Position numbers and translations under genes: made by a program. A stretch of DNA of 64,000 bases from a virus: IMG/VR virus record IMGVR_UViG_3300045988_081205. The stretch is one strand, 5' to 3'. Below, piece by piece: positions 55,695 to 63,881 of the stretch. Below the pieces are notes generated by a model. It was not told the DNA's origin. It did not search any database and saw nothing but the letters and a program-made list of their open reading frames with translations. The stretch's first letter is position 1. Each line of letters starts with the position of its first letter.

Positions 55695-56226
55695 TCAATT
55701 TCTGTTCCTTTTCCTTCTTTTTCCGTTCATAATCTTCTTTTTTCTTGTTGATTACATTGATAAAATCATCATAGCTCTGTTGCTTTGCTTGCTCAATGCG
55801 GTCATCTTGCATTTGCTTCAATGTTCGTTTTGCCGTTCGTTCCATTTCAGCCTGAGTTATCAGTTTGAGATCATTTGGTGTCAACTTACGCTCACGAACA
55901 CGCTTGCGATATCTTTTTGTAACCCCTCGTCCATTGACGTTATTGATGAAATCATCATTGCTTTTATATGTAATTTTGAACCACGCCGGGATTGTTCTCT
56001 CTACGAGCTCGCCATTATCATCTTTTGCCATTCCAGTCCAAGACGGCACTTCTTTTAACTCAAATGTTCCAACTCCGGGCATTTGACATCTTCCATCAAA
56101 ATGCAACATATGGACAATAGTATCGACACATGCTTGCCAATATTTTTTTACTGTCTCTGGTTTAGATTCAAGCAAACTAGCCGCATATTCATAAAATTGC
56201 TGATTCAACTTATTATGTTCAGCCAT
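55663..56226 (-). CDS. HU/IHF-like DNA-binding protein with long charged C-terminal extension
   Basis: MPGVGTFELKEV...beta-arm...FKITYKS resembles the HU fold core. About 90 aa of Lys/Glu-rich tail. Confidence 0.5.
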   Translation of the reverse strand: MAEHNKLNQQFYEYAASLLESKPETVKKYWQACVDTIVHMLHFDGRCQMPGVGTFELKEVPSWTGMAKDDNGELVERTIPAWFKITYKSNDDFINNVNGRGVTKRYRKRVRERKLTPNDLKLITQAEMERTAKRTLKQMQDDRIEQAKQQSYDDFINVINKKKEDYERKKKEKEQKLNESTEDTTSD

Positions 56227-56638
56227 CTTCTTCTTCCTTCATAAACTTGGGATTATCAGGATAATTCTCCAATACCCAAGCATCATATTCCTCTTTGGTT
56301 GCGCCTTTCCCATACAACGTACCAGCTTTTACATAACTCGCCATATGTTTCTCAGCCTTAAATTCTAATCGATAATAGCCCTGTCTGTCTGGATAGTACA
56401 TACGCCGCTTTTGAAAGCCATTCCAATATTCACCAGCTGGACGAGGGGGATAATCGCGGAATGTAATAACACCAATATCTGGCAATGAATATTCCACGCC
56501 ATGCTGTAGTGTCTCGCGGATGATATCGTGATAGTTTCTTAACACTAACTCAATAATCTTAGAATCAACGCCTGTACGCCGTCGTAGCTCTTTACTCATG
56601 TCGGCTTTGCCTAGCCTAGGATATTTGTTTTTATGCAA
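56219..56638 (-). CDS. HU/IHF-like DNA-binding protein
   Basis: MSKELRRRTGVDSKIIELVLRNYHDIIRETLQHGVEYSLPDIGVITF...RLEFKAEK matches the HU-family helix-helix-beta-arm pattern. Confidence 0.6.
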   Translation of the reverse strand: MHKNKYPRLGKADMSKELRRRTGVDSKIIELVLRNYHDIIRETLQHGVEYSLPDIGVITFRDYPPRPAGEYWNGFQKRRMYYPDRQGYYRLEFKAEKHMASYVKAGTLYGKGATKEEYDAWVLENYPDNPKFMKEEEDG

Positions 56639-56707
56639 TTATATCGTTCCTTTCCCTATTAGTCTACCACAATATATTGTGGCTAGTTCATTTTATCCAT
56701 ATATTTT

Positions 56708-59296
56708 CTACTGTTTTAACATATCCCCCGTGCGGACAGGTGGGGCTTCACGTGATTCAGTACGCCGCTGATTATCTGCCTTCTTGTAACATTCCTCTGA
56801 GCAGTAATGTTGACATACATCTCGCGGCTTAAACCGCTTGCCACAAATGGAGCAGATTGGATTAAGTTGCGCCGTATTGATTCTCAAATTCTCTACAATC
56901 GTCCAACCAAAACAAGCCCACAACATTTTCTTATTGCTTGATTTTTTGACAGTATATAGATAAGCCACCAAGCTATTTACCACAACATCTAGCGGCTCGT
57001 TGCTATATTCCACTATATCTTGTGCAATGCGGCGATATTTATATAAATCGTCTTCATTGATATGCGGGTCATCGCCATAGTCAAATCGGCGCTGATTCCA
57101 CATCCACCAATTATACCTCTCTATGATTGGGGAATTTTCTCTAGTTGTATAATCAACTGATTTATTTATCAACATCGTCCAGTCGAATTTCCCAATCTTG
57201 TTATTATAGCGAATTCGGGAAGTAGGGATTTTAGCCGATATACGATTCATCGTGGAATTGTTTGGAGGCTCTACTTGTGTATCTGGGTCTTTGTCTTTAG
57301 CATAGATGAAAAAGTTGGGTAATTTTGATTTAGTATATTTTTTAATAATATCAGCAATTTCTTTTGGAGGTTCACTTTTCCACAACGTTTTCGCAAAATC
57401 AATAATTTGATTGTTCTTCATTGTGAGCCAAGCAATAACTCTAATTTGCTCCTCAGTCATTTTACCGCCATTGGCGTTTTTTACCTTCGATATAGAGTTA
57501 CTTATCGGGCCAATCGACCCACCTGTATATGCGGTGCTTACGCCTTCATACAATCTATCCGCATCAATAATACCCCCACGAGCCTTTTTTAAGTCATATG
57601 ACAACGGCACAATTCCTTGCATATTACGCTTCGCTACGGTTGTTAGTGTTCTATCTTTTACAACCAAACTAATATCCCCATCAAAATCTTGCTGCAATAT
57701 ACGGCTAATCATATCGTGACAACTGAAGTAAACGCATTTTGTTCCGCCTAACCATTTATCGGTTAGTTCATTCCGCTTGTTAATTCTAACTGCGTGTTCT
57801 TGATACAAGTGTGGACTTCTCAAACAATCAAGCTCATCGCCATCTTTGAATTGATTGGTGTAAACCTCTCCATTCTCAAGTATGCCGATTGGGAATTGCT
57901 CACCTTTGAACAACCACTCACAAAATGCCACAGGGTCAGGAGAAATAAACAGATATTTACCGTTAATTCTCAATCTGCCGCCTCTTGCTTGCTTTACCAA
58001 GCTTTTTTTTGTTTGTTTCAACAACTCCCGGTTATACGCATCTTTGAATAATTCTGGATATATTGTCAACGCTTCTTGCATGGCTGATTTTGTTTGATTG
58101 TATTCAGTCGCGCCTAATAGTCTCATAGTAGTTTGATAGTCTCTCCCGACGCTATCAATTTCATCTGCTGTCTTGGCAATAAGCCGCTCAATCTCATTGT
58201 CTGTCATATCACTTAAAGATTGAAGCATCTGATAATTGATTCGCGCTTTTGGTATATAATCTTCCTCAACTTTGCAACAACCAAAGTAACAACCATAACT
58301 TTTGAAATTAGACTTGTAACACAACCAAGATGGATAAAACTTATACAGCTTGAACATTGACTTCGTTAGGATATACTGAATATCATCCTCAAGAATCTTC
58401 CATTCTTTACCATATATATCAGTTACAGCCCAATCGTCAGCGGTGAAATATTCTTTGAGCCATCCTCTAAAGTCGAAATAAGATACCAATCCTTTTATCC
58501 ACGGCGCTCGAACAATTTGTGTCTTAAATCCGGGCTTACAACACATACCCCAGCCATCTGTCTCAGCTATAATCGTCTCAGACGTTTTTCGCGTAATGCT
58601 GTAATCTGTACAATCAATAAAATCTGATTCAGCTATAACCGGCATTTCAAAATCATCAACTACAATACAGCGATCTATATCAAAGTTCTCAATTCTGTCG
58701 GTTGCAGACGCCATAAGACTCTTATAACTCAATAGCTTGTTTTCATTCATGCCGCCCAGCGCATTGATTGAATCAATGGTCAGTCCGCACATAAGAGTTT
58801 GCTCAACAGCTAAATAATCTTTTTCGCAAACGGCCATAAATCGCTTTGTGCGTATCATGCCCGCTCCACATGAATAGAAAATGTAATGTTCACCATTGTA
58901 ATTAAACCCGTTGTGAATAATGCTGTTTAGCACTTCAAAAAAGAACACATTGACAATGATGATTTTGTCACTTCGCTCAAATGTCTTAATGCCAAGACTA
59001 CGAGTCAATTCAGAGCAGAACAGGTTAATAATTGTCTTGTCTGTTACCGCATCTGGATTGAGTTCTCTTGTAATATTATCCTCAAGCGATTTTCTCAGCA
59101 ACTCAACAAGTTCATCTTTATGCTTCTTGATAACACGGTTAATTGATGAAACGCGCCATTTTCGATTTTGACCATCCTTCTCGCGCATTCTCAAGGCATA
59201 TAGCTTGACAAGTCGATTATGTATTGCTTGTTCCTTCGGCGTATAAAAAGCATCTGTTGCTACAGAAGGTATATAACAGAACTCTGTCAATGGCAC
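56708..59296 (-). CDS. YonO-like single-polypeptide RNA polymerase candidate (two double-psi beta-barrel type)
   Basis: RSPHLY (57806-57820 encodes RSPHL) followed ~40 aa later by DFDGD (57674-57688), the beta-prime-type Mg-binding signature. An upstream RAPWIKGLVS (58490-58510 encodes RAPWIKG) resembles the beta-type barrel. C-terminal Zn ribbon. GTG start. Confidence 0.6.
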   Translation of the reverse strand: MPLTEFCYIPSVATDAFYTPKEQAIHNRLVKLYALRMREKDGQNRKWRVSSINRVIKKHKDELVELLRKSLEDNITRELNPDAVTDKTIINLFCSELTRSLGIKTFERSDKIIIVNVFFFEVLNSIIHNGFNYNGEHYIFYSCGAGMIRTKRFMAVCEKDYLAVEQTLMCGLTIDSINALGGMNENKLLSYKSLMASATDRIENFDIDRCIVVDDFEMPVIAESDFIDCTDYSITRKTSETIIAETDGWGMCCKPGFKTQIVRAPWIKGLVSYFDFRGWLKEYFTADDWAVTDIYGKEWKILEDDIQYILTKSMFKLYKFYPSWLCYKSNFKSYGCYFGCCKVEEDYIPKARINYQMLQSLSDMTDNEIERLIAKTADEIDSVGRDYQTTMRLLGATEYNQTKSAMQEALTIYPELFKDAYNRELLKQTKKSLVKQARGGRLRINGKYLFISPDPVAFCEWLFKGEQFPIGILENGEVYTNQFKDGDELDCLRSPHLYQEHAVRINKRNELTDKWLGGTKCVYFSCHDMISRILQQDFDGDISLVVKDRTLTTVAKRNMQGIVPLSYDLKKARGGIIDADRLYEGVSTAYTGGSIGPISNSISKVKNANGGKMTEEQIRVIAWLTMKNNQIIDFAKTLWKSEPPKEIADIIKKYTKSKLPNFFIYAKDKDPDTQVEPPNNSTMNRISAKIPTSRIRYNNKIGKFDWTMLINKSVDYTTRENSPIIERYNWWMWNQRRFDYGDDPHINEDDLYKYRRIAQDIVEYSNEPLDVVVNSLVAYLYTVKKSSNKKMLWACFGWTIVENLRINTAQLNPICSICGKRFKPRDVCQHYCSEECYKKADNQRRTESREAPPVRTGDMLKQ

Positions 59297-59440
59297 TTAA
59301 TCAATCACCTCTAATTCATTCTCTGAACTACCATATATCCAAAGCGCCCAATCACGCTCAGTTGGCTCATATTCATCATCCCATACTTCTGGCTCTATAT
59401 CTTCTGATACATACCAGTTATAGCTCATTTCGCTCCACAA
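59297..59440 (-). CDS. small acidic protein (47 aa) translationally coupled to the RNAP-like gene
   Basis: TTG start 8 nt after AAGGAGGTGG. Its TAA is immediately followed by the GTG of the 862-aa ORF. Confidence 0.4.
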   Translation of the reverse strand: MWSEMSYNWYVSEDIEPEVWDDEYEPTERDWALWIYGSSENELEVID

Positions 59441-59469
59441 TTTCTTACCACCTCCTTGAGCTTAATGCT

Positions 59470-59498
59470 ATTATATCATATAATTGATTATTTGTCAA
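59470..59498 (-). promoter_or_regulatory. sigma-A-type promoter driving the leftward RNAP operon (proximal)
   Basis: On the - strand: TTGACA (59498-59493), 17-nt spacer, TGaTATAAT (59478-59470). Confidence 0.7.
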
Positions 59499-59513
59499 TA
59501 CTAAAATTTCTAC

Positions 59514-59542
59514 TTGACAAAAATTGATTGATGTGATATAAT
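59514..59542 (+). promoter_or_regulatory. sigma-A-type rightward promoter (upstream copy)
   Basis: TTGACA 59514-59519, 17-nt spacer, TGaTATAAT ending at 59542. No ORF follows for ~260 nt. Confidence 0.65.
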
Positions 59543-59562
59543 CTCTTATAAATTATAAATAT

Positions 59563-59591
59563 ATTATACCATATATTACAGTATTTGTCAA
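59563..59591 (-). promoter_or_regulatory. sigma-A-type leftward promoter (distal), face to face with the promoter at 59514
   Basis: On the - strand: TTGACA (59591-59586), 17-nt spacer, TGgTATAAT (59571-59563). Confidence 0.65.
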
Positions 59592-59675
59592 TAGTTAATT
59601 TATTCATAATTTATTAACATATAATTCATAATACTGTAATATTTATATGATATAATATCTAGTATATATAATTAC

Positions 59676-59721
59676 AATTTAACTATTATCTACTCATAAA
59701 TTCGTAGATAATAGTTAAATT
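59676..59721. repeat. 18-bp perfect inverted repeat
   Basis: AATTTAACTATTATCTAC (59676-59693) / GTAGATAATAGTTAAATT (59704-59721), 10-nt loop. Confidence 0.8.
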
Positions 59722-59753
59722 GATGTGAAAAATCAATTTATCAAAAATTATAC

Positions 59754-59782
59754 TTGACAAGTGCAAAATGATGTGATATAAT
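59754..59782 (+). promoter_or_regulatory. sigma-A-type promoter of the right-hand early block
   Basis: TTGACA 59754-59759, 17-nt spacer, TGaTATAAT ending at 59782. Confidence 0.75.
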
Positions 59783-59802
59783 CATTGTATGAGGTGAGAT
59801 AA

Positions 59803-60018
59803 ATGAAAATGAATTGTATGTATTGCACAAAAGGATACCATTTGCCACTGCAAAGCGAATATAGCGGCATAGAAGCTGGATTTATCAACGACAATGGATT
59901 GCTTCGTATTCGAGCATTTGACGAAAATGATGACTTACAAACTCAAGATATTGTCAGTTTGAATTATTGCCCAATGTGCGGAAGGAAATTACGTAATGCC
60001 AAGAACAAAGAAAATTAA
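59803..60018 (+). CDS. hypothetical Zn-ribbon protein
   Basis: 71 aa. CMYC...CPMCG. Confidence 0.55.
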   Translation: MKMNCMYCTKGYHLPLQSEYSGIEAGFINDNGLLRIRAFDENDDLQTQDIVSLNYCPMCGRKLRNAKNKEN

Positions 60019-60226
60019 CGCAGTAGTGCAATATGGCGATACTGACTGGATTATCAATGATTGCGGCAATGGACAATTCGAGCTATATAATATCAACACA
60101 AAGCAGATTTTAGCAAAGAGCAATAATCCACTAGATTTTGATAAGCATATAGACAAGATTTTTGGCAAGGAGGCGGCTAGACGTGTTCGAGATTTTCAAG
60201 CTAAACAAGAAGAAGAAAGCGCTTGA
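59996..60226 (+). CDS. hypothetical protein
   Basis: 76-aa ORF. Confidence 0.5.
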   Translation: MPRTKKINAVVQYGDTDWIINDCGNGQFELYNINTKQILAKSNNPLDFDKHIDKIFGKEAARRVRDFQAKQEEESA

Positions 60227-61364
60227 AGAGCAGATTTCTCAACTCAAAGCAGATATTTCTAGTATGCAAACAGAGATTGATAACTATGACGAACATCGGC
60301 AAATTGCGGCACATCAATATGAAAACACCATGCGATCTGCAAAAGCGGCTCAGTCTATCCTTGATGCGTTAAATGGTAAAATTCATGCCATTGAAGAAAT
60401 GCAGGATTATAATATCCCGTATTATCAAGATTCGTTAGATGAGCTTGAGCATAAGCGCTATGAGCTACAAAGCAAAATTGAATCAGCTGTGAATACTGGA
60501 TTGTATCGCATTGAGCAAGGATATACGCTCAATGACTCTGCTAGGCGCGGCAAAGAAATGCAGGACGTGTATGGGCGCGGATTGATTTACAGTTGCAACG
60601 CATATATTGACAGCAAAGAAAAATCTGTGACAACCGGCAATATTGCTAAAAGCAAAGAATTGATTAAAAATAAATTTAATTCTTATCAGTCTAAAGCAAA
60701 TAAAGTCGGATTGGCGCTTAATGCTGAATATGTGAAGGCACGGCTTGATATGCTTGATATTAGCTTAGCTATCAAGGTCAAGCAGAAAGAAGAAAAGACG
60801 CGAATCCGTGAAGAAAAGCGCAGATTGAGAGAACAAGAACAGTTACTTGCTGAGGCTGAGCGTGAAAAAGCAGAACTTCAGAAAGAGCGCAGAATGTATG
60901 AACAATCTCTCCGAAAGACACTCAATGCTGAAGAACGTGCTAAATTTGAAGCAACGCTTAAAGCAATCGATAAGCGTATTGCAGATATTGATTACCGTGT
61001 TAATAATGCAAAGGCTGGATATCTGTACATTGCTGCAACGCCAGCCATGCCAAATTGCTGCAAGCTGGGCGTAACACGTCGCCTTCAGCCCTTGCGTAGA
61101 ATTTCCGAATTGTCATCGGCATCAGTCCCATTTCCATTCGTTTGCTATGGGCTTGTATTTGATGATGACGTGTTTGACCTTGAGACGCGCATCCATGATT
61201 ATTTTGACGATAAGCGAGTTAATAAGGAAAATAAACATAAAGAATTTTTCTATGTGAGTCCCAAAGAAGCTATTGATGTACTGCGTAATGAATTTCATGT
61301 AGATGTTCATTTTGTAGATGAAGATTGTGATGAAAATGAGGAGGATTGCGCTGATGAAGGTTAA
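60183..61364 (+). CDS. DUF4041-like coiled coil + T5orf172 (MUG113, GIY-YIG-superfamily) domain protein
   Basis: Long coiled-coil N-terminal part. C-terminal GYLYIAATPAMP..CKLGVTRRL.PLRRISELS...FFYVSPKEAI fits T5orf172. GTG at 60183 after AAGGAGG. Confidence 0.55.
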   Translation: MFEIFKLNKKKKALEEQISQLKADISSMQTEIDNYDEHRQIAAHQYENTMRSAKAAQSILDALNGKIHAIEEMQDYNIPYYQDSLDELEHKRYELQSKIESAVNTGLYRIEQGYTLNDSARRGKEMQDVYGRGLIYSCNAYIDSKEKSVTTGNIAKSKELIKNKFNSYQSKANKVGLALNAEYVKARLDMLDISLAIKVKQKEEKTRIREEKRRLREQEQLLAEAEREKAELQKERRMYEQSLRKTLNAEERAKFEATLKAIDKRIADIDYRVNNAKAGYLYIAATPAMPNCCKLGVTRRLQPLRRISELSSASVPFPFVCYGLVFDDDVFDLETRIHDYFDDKRVNKENKHKEFFYVSPKEAIDVLRNEFHVDVHFVDEDCDENEEDCADEG

Positions 61365-61512
61365 ATTCAAAGGAAAATATGATAACGATATTTATACTGT
61401 TTATAATGTGCGGGATAATAAGGCTGGTTATCCACATTTCTTAATCTATGTAGCTAAAGAATGGCGATATATCAGCGCAAAGAATTTTACACCAGTTAAG
61501 GAGGATGAATAA
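61354..61512 (+). CDS. hypothetical small protein
   Basis: The ATG at 61354 overlaps the upstream stop. 52 aa. Confidence 0.4.
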   Translation: MKVKFKGKYDNDIYTVYNVRDNKAGYPHFLIYVAKEWRYISAKNFTPVKEDE

Positions 61513-61513
61513 A

Positions 61514-61720
61514 ATGATTATCTATACTTGCCCTAAATGTGGTGGTGACATTTACCATAATTATATTTCGCCTATTGATATATGGGCTTGCCTAGATTGT
61601 GACTGGAAGTATGAAGTGCCAGATAAACTTGAATATCGCCCATTCGAGCAAATTAAAATTAAATCAGATGAAGATTGGACACTATATGAAGCGCTTGATA
61701 ATGTAATGGTAAATGGATAA
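61514..61720 (+). CDS. hypothetical Zn-ribbon protein
   Basis: CPKCGG...CLDCDW. ATG 9 nt after AAGGAGG. Confidence 0.5.
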   Translation: MIIYTCPKCGGDIYHNYISPIDIWACLDCDWKYEVPDKLEYRPFEQIKIKSDEDWTLYEALDNVMVNG

Positions 61721-61735
61721 GGAGGATGAATAAAT

Positions 61736-62275
61736 ATGACAAGAAAAGAAAAAGTTAATGTACTCGAATGGTATTGTGATTATTGTGGCAATACTTGTGA
61801 TACGTGTGAATTAAAAAATATGTACGATAAAGAAACGGATGGATTTACAGACAGCTATTCTTGTGCATTTGATGAAATGGACGATAAAATGCTTGATAAA
61901 ATCTATAATTGGTATAAAGAGCTTGACCCAGCAGCTTGTGAAAATGCAGAAACTAAACGTTATGACAAAGAGCCAGATGCCATTAAGTTGCATATTGAAC
62001 CAAAGGTGGCGCAACATTATGCAATCTGCCAGAAGCTCAATCAAGTATATAAAGCAAAGAACCATGATTATGGAGATTCGTTTGGTGATACATACAAAAA
62101 GCTTGGCATCATCAGTGCTGTGACTCGGCTTAGTGATAAGATGAATCGACTCATGTCGCTTGCTGTATCGCATGATGCTCAGGTCAAAGACGAAAAGATT
62201 GAGGATACATTGCTTGATATGGCTAATTATGCTATTATGACGTTGATTGAATTAGGATATGAGGTGGACAAATAA
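61736..62275 (+). CDS. DUF1599 (Nmad1)-like protein with Cys-rich N-terminal extension
   Basis: KNHDYGDSFGDTYKKLGIISAVTRLSDKMNRL...DTLLDMANYA matches the DUF1599 pattern as I remember it. Confidence 0.45.
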   Translation: MTRKEKVNVLEWYCDYCGNTCDTCELKNMYDKETDGFTDSYSCAFDEMDDKMLDKIYNWYKELDPAACENAETKRYDKEPDAIKLHIEPKVAQHYAICQKLNQVYKAKNHDYGDSFGDTYKKLGIISAVTRLSDKMNRLMSLAVSHDAQVKDEKIEDTLLDMANYAIMTLIELGYEVDK

Positions 62276-62439
62276 TGGCTGTTTATATCAAACTTGAGGA
62301 TGCAGTTGAAGCGTTTAAGAAAGCCGAAGCAGATGATATTGAGAGGTATGGATGCTGGATTATTGATTGTTTCCCAGCAGAAAGAGCTATTGATATTATC
62401 TGTAAATGTCATAAATATTTAATGAAAGGTGAAGTATAG
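62275..62439 (+). CDS. hypothetical small protein (54 aa)
   Basis: TAATG coupling. Not in the track. TAG stop. Confidence 0.35.
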   Translation: MAVYIKLEDAVEAFKKAEADDIERYGCWIIDCFPAERAIDIICKCHKYLMKGEV

Positions 62440-62440
62440 A

Positions 62441-62608
62441 ATGACTAATAGTGAATGGTTGCTTAACCAATCTAAAGAAGAAATTATTATAAATATGTCA
62501 AAGCCATGTCCTCATCATCATTGTCCCGACATTCTCAAATTATGTATGGAATGTTGGATTGATTGGCTTAATAAAGAGCATAAAGGACCAGATGAACCAG
62601 AGAACTAA
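62441..62608 (+). CDS. hypothetical Cys/His-rich small protein (55 aa)
   Basis: ATG 1 nt after the previous stop. CPHHHCP...CMEC. Confidence 0.35.
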   Translation: MTNSEWLLNQSKEEIIINMSKPCPHHHCPDILKLCMECWIDWLNKEHKGPDEPEN

Positions 62609-63008
62609 GCGCGGCATTGAATCGGCTTGTAGGGCAAGCAAAGAATCTGAATTTCCCAGATATCATCTCGGCGCAGCTCTGTACTATAAGGGTGTATTGC
62701 TTGCTACAGGATGCAATAGCACCAAAACAAGCCCATTGCAAAAGCGGCTTAATGCAGAGCGTGAATTTGACCCAAATCAGAGCGGTGTGATAAATTCGCT
62801 CCATGCTGAAATCAGGGCATTGAGTAAAGTAAAATATCTGGATATTGATTTTAGTAAATCGACGCTGTATGTATATCGTGAATATGCAAATGGGAACAAA
62901 GCAATGGCGCGTCCATGTCCTGCTTGTATGAAATATATAAAAGAATTAGGAATTAAGCATATTTGTTATAGTACGGCTGATGGAATTGCCGAAGAAAGGA
63001 TTGATTAA
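62592..63008 (+). CDS. dCMP/cytidine deaminase-family zinc enzyme
   Basis: HAEIRAL and PCPACMKYI zinc-binding motifs. The ATG at 62592 is preferred over the track start 62559. Confidence 0.8.
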   Translation: MNQRTKRGIESACRASKESEFPRYHLGAALYYKGVLLATGCNSTKTSPLQKRLNAEREFDPNQSGVINSLHAEIRALSKVKYLDIDFSKSTLYVYREYANGNKAMARPCPACMKYIKELGIKHICYSTADGIAEERID

Positions 63009-63680
63009 ATGGGAACTGATATTAACATGATTGCTGAGGTACGGCGTAATGGTGTGTGGGAGATGTCAACTGCCAAAGTATTCAAGAATCCATGGTATGA
63101 CCCAGCTTCAGATAAAAAATGGGCTATGACAGAATACATGAGCAAGCCCAATGATGATCGAAATTATGACTTGTTTGCTATTCTTGCAGGAGTTAGAAAT
63201 GGTGAAGGATTTGCCGGATGTAGAATCGGTGAACGATTCAAGCCGATTGCCAATCTAAAGGGTTATCCTGACGATATGTCTAAGAATGATGTGTTGTTTG
63301 GCGATGAATATGGCTCTTGGCTTACATTGAGAGAGTTGCACGAATATAATTGGGAGCAGTTACACAGAAAATACGGTTATGTTGACGAAGCCACATATCG
63401 TGATTATATTATGAATGGTAAACAACCAAATTCGTATAGCGGTGATATATGGGGACGCGATATTATTAAATTGACCGAACCAGAAATGGTTGATTTAATC
63501 AATGGAGAATATCCAAGAGACGAATCAAAGCAATATTATACTGCTTGTTATTTTGCGCCAATCACATATAGAGAATGCGCATCTTGGTTCTATGATGAAA
63601 CGACGGAAGGGCTGAGGCGACTTATTCCAGATGGTGGTACAGAAGATGATGTGCGCATTGTATTTGAATTTGATTGCTGA
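63009..63680 (+). CDS. hypothetical protein
   Basis: 223-aa ORF, TAAATG coupling. Confidence 0.6.
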   Translation: MGTDINMIAEVRRNGVWEMSTAKVFKNPWYDPASDKKWAMTEYMSKPNDDRNYDLFAILAGVRNGEGFAGCRIGERFKPIANLKGYPDDMSKNDVLFGDEYGSWLTLRELHEYNWEQLHRKYGYVDEATYRDYIMNGKQPNSYSGDIWGRDIIKLTEPEMVDLINGEYPRDESKQYYTACYFAPITYRECASWFYDETTEGLRRLIPDGGTEDDVRIVFEFDC

Positions 63681-63693
63681 AAGGATTGATTAA

Positions 63694-63876
63694 ATGAGAT
63701 ATATCACTCAAGATTATATAGAAATCAAGCCAATCGAATGTGCTGGATGTGATTATTATCAAATTGGCACAGATGCGTGGAATATCGTGGTTGGACTTGG
63801 TGGATTGGTTAATATGGTAAATCAAGCCAATAAAATTATTGAAGATTACATGAATAAACTTGAGGCGGAGGATTAA
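63694..63876 (+). CDS. hypothetical small protein
   Basis: 60-aa ORF. Confidence 0.45.
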   Translation: MRYITQDYIEIKPIECAGCDYYQIGTDAWNIVVGLGGLVNMVNQANKIIEDYMNKLEAED

Positions 63877-63881
63877 AAAGA

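Noticed and set aside
54847-56086. + strand track ORFs 54847-55257, 55648-56058 and 55865-56086
   Set aside because: They are antisense to the phosphoesterase and HU-like genes. They have Ser/Leu/Phe-rich composition typical of shadow frames and no ribosome-binding sites.
22600-59300. Genome-wide TAG reassignment (code-15-like recoding) of the late genes
   Set aside because: Only one in-frame TAG was found, in terL. All other late ORFs are continuous under the standard code, and TAG is used as the apparent stop of at least six genes. A local read-through, suppressor or mutation explanation fits better than full recoding.
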